Assembly: GCA_050575255.1 (NCBI GenBank)
Contig: JBNZDD010013702.1
Coordinates: 2,106,353 to 2,170,352 of the forward strand
Length of the DNA stretch: 64,000 nucleotides
Direction of reading: 5' to 3'
Source: Harriotta raleighana
Lineage: Eukaryota
Shown here: positions 63,576-64,000 of the stretch, in pieces
How positions within the stretch are numbered: position 1 is the first letter of the stretch
How the letters are laid out: every line of letters starts with the position of its first letter
Program-made: the position numbers and the translations under genes
The notes under the pieces: generated by a model
What the model was told of the DNA's origin: nothing
The model's database searches: none
The model's input: only the letters and a program-made list of their open reading frames with translations

Positions 63576-64000
63576 ATTGTGATGAGATTACGTTTCAGAG
63601 GAAGATAGCAAGGACTACAATATACAATGGGCTTCTTGTTTTTATACACGGCTGAATAACAAATAAGAGGATGTGCATTATCATGTGTTTCAGCATACCC
63701 AAGAGACATGGCTTCCATTTGATTCGTCACACAATAAACTCGGAAAAAATGAATCCAGCAAATTTCAGATTAATTTCAATAGCCTCCAGGTCAGATTGAC
63801 TTTCTCAAACATTCTGTCTTCCAGAAATGGTAGTGATATCAGGGTAATGTTGTTTTCAGCTGTCGTACTCCTATGTACATCTCCGGTTAAATTGTCTTGC
63901 AGCTCGGAAATGTTGTGCCTTGCTCTGCTTGGTGGTGAAATGCAGTCAGGCTTAGTCTTTGTAACTGGTATGGTTTGAAGACTGGAGCACAATTGTTGCA

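Noticed and set aside
49839-64000. FNBP1 exon 1 (MSWGTELW) and promoter
   Set aside because: I found no matching codons or CpG island; they presumably lie beyond the right edge of the window.
63750-64000. Possible ancient reverse transcriptase remnant (QSDLEAI on the minus strand)
   Set aside because: The motif is too short and surrounded by stop codons; it cannot be supported without a profile search.

Overview
Vertebrate nuclear DNA from a draft assembly (one 930-N gap, several single-N joins). The repeat content (DeuSINE-type SINEs, CR1 and L2 LINE fragments, LF-SINE-like relics) suggests a cartilaginous fish; this is inference. The window lies inside one minus-strand gene, FNBP1 (formin-binding protein 1/FBP17, F-BAR family). 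Eight internal coding exons, equivalent to human exons 2-9, can be read with GT-AG boundaries and compatible phases. They total 960 nt (320 codons) and cover the F-BAR domain and the following linker. I did not find exon 1 or the HR1/SH3 exons. Exon 4 is present twice, in an apparently identical 1202-bp tandem copy joined by one N, which is most likely an assembly artefact. The introns hold a young tRNA-derived SINE, older DeuSINEs, L2/CR1 fragments, about 12 TA-flanked Tc1/mariner-pogo MITEs (one nested in another), a Tigger-like element with a CpG-rich 29-bp minisatellite, a probable non-autonomous Helitron, and an old unclassified ~600-bp repeat family. Almost all ORFs in the supplied track are spurious. 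I found no convincing novel biological system; the findings are candidates for follow-up. Repeat boundaries are approximate unless TIRs or splice sites are quoted.
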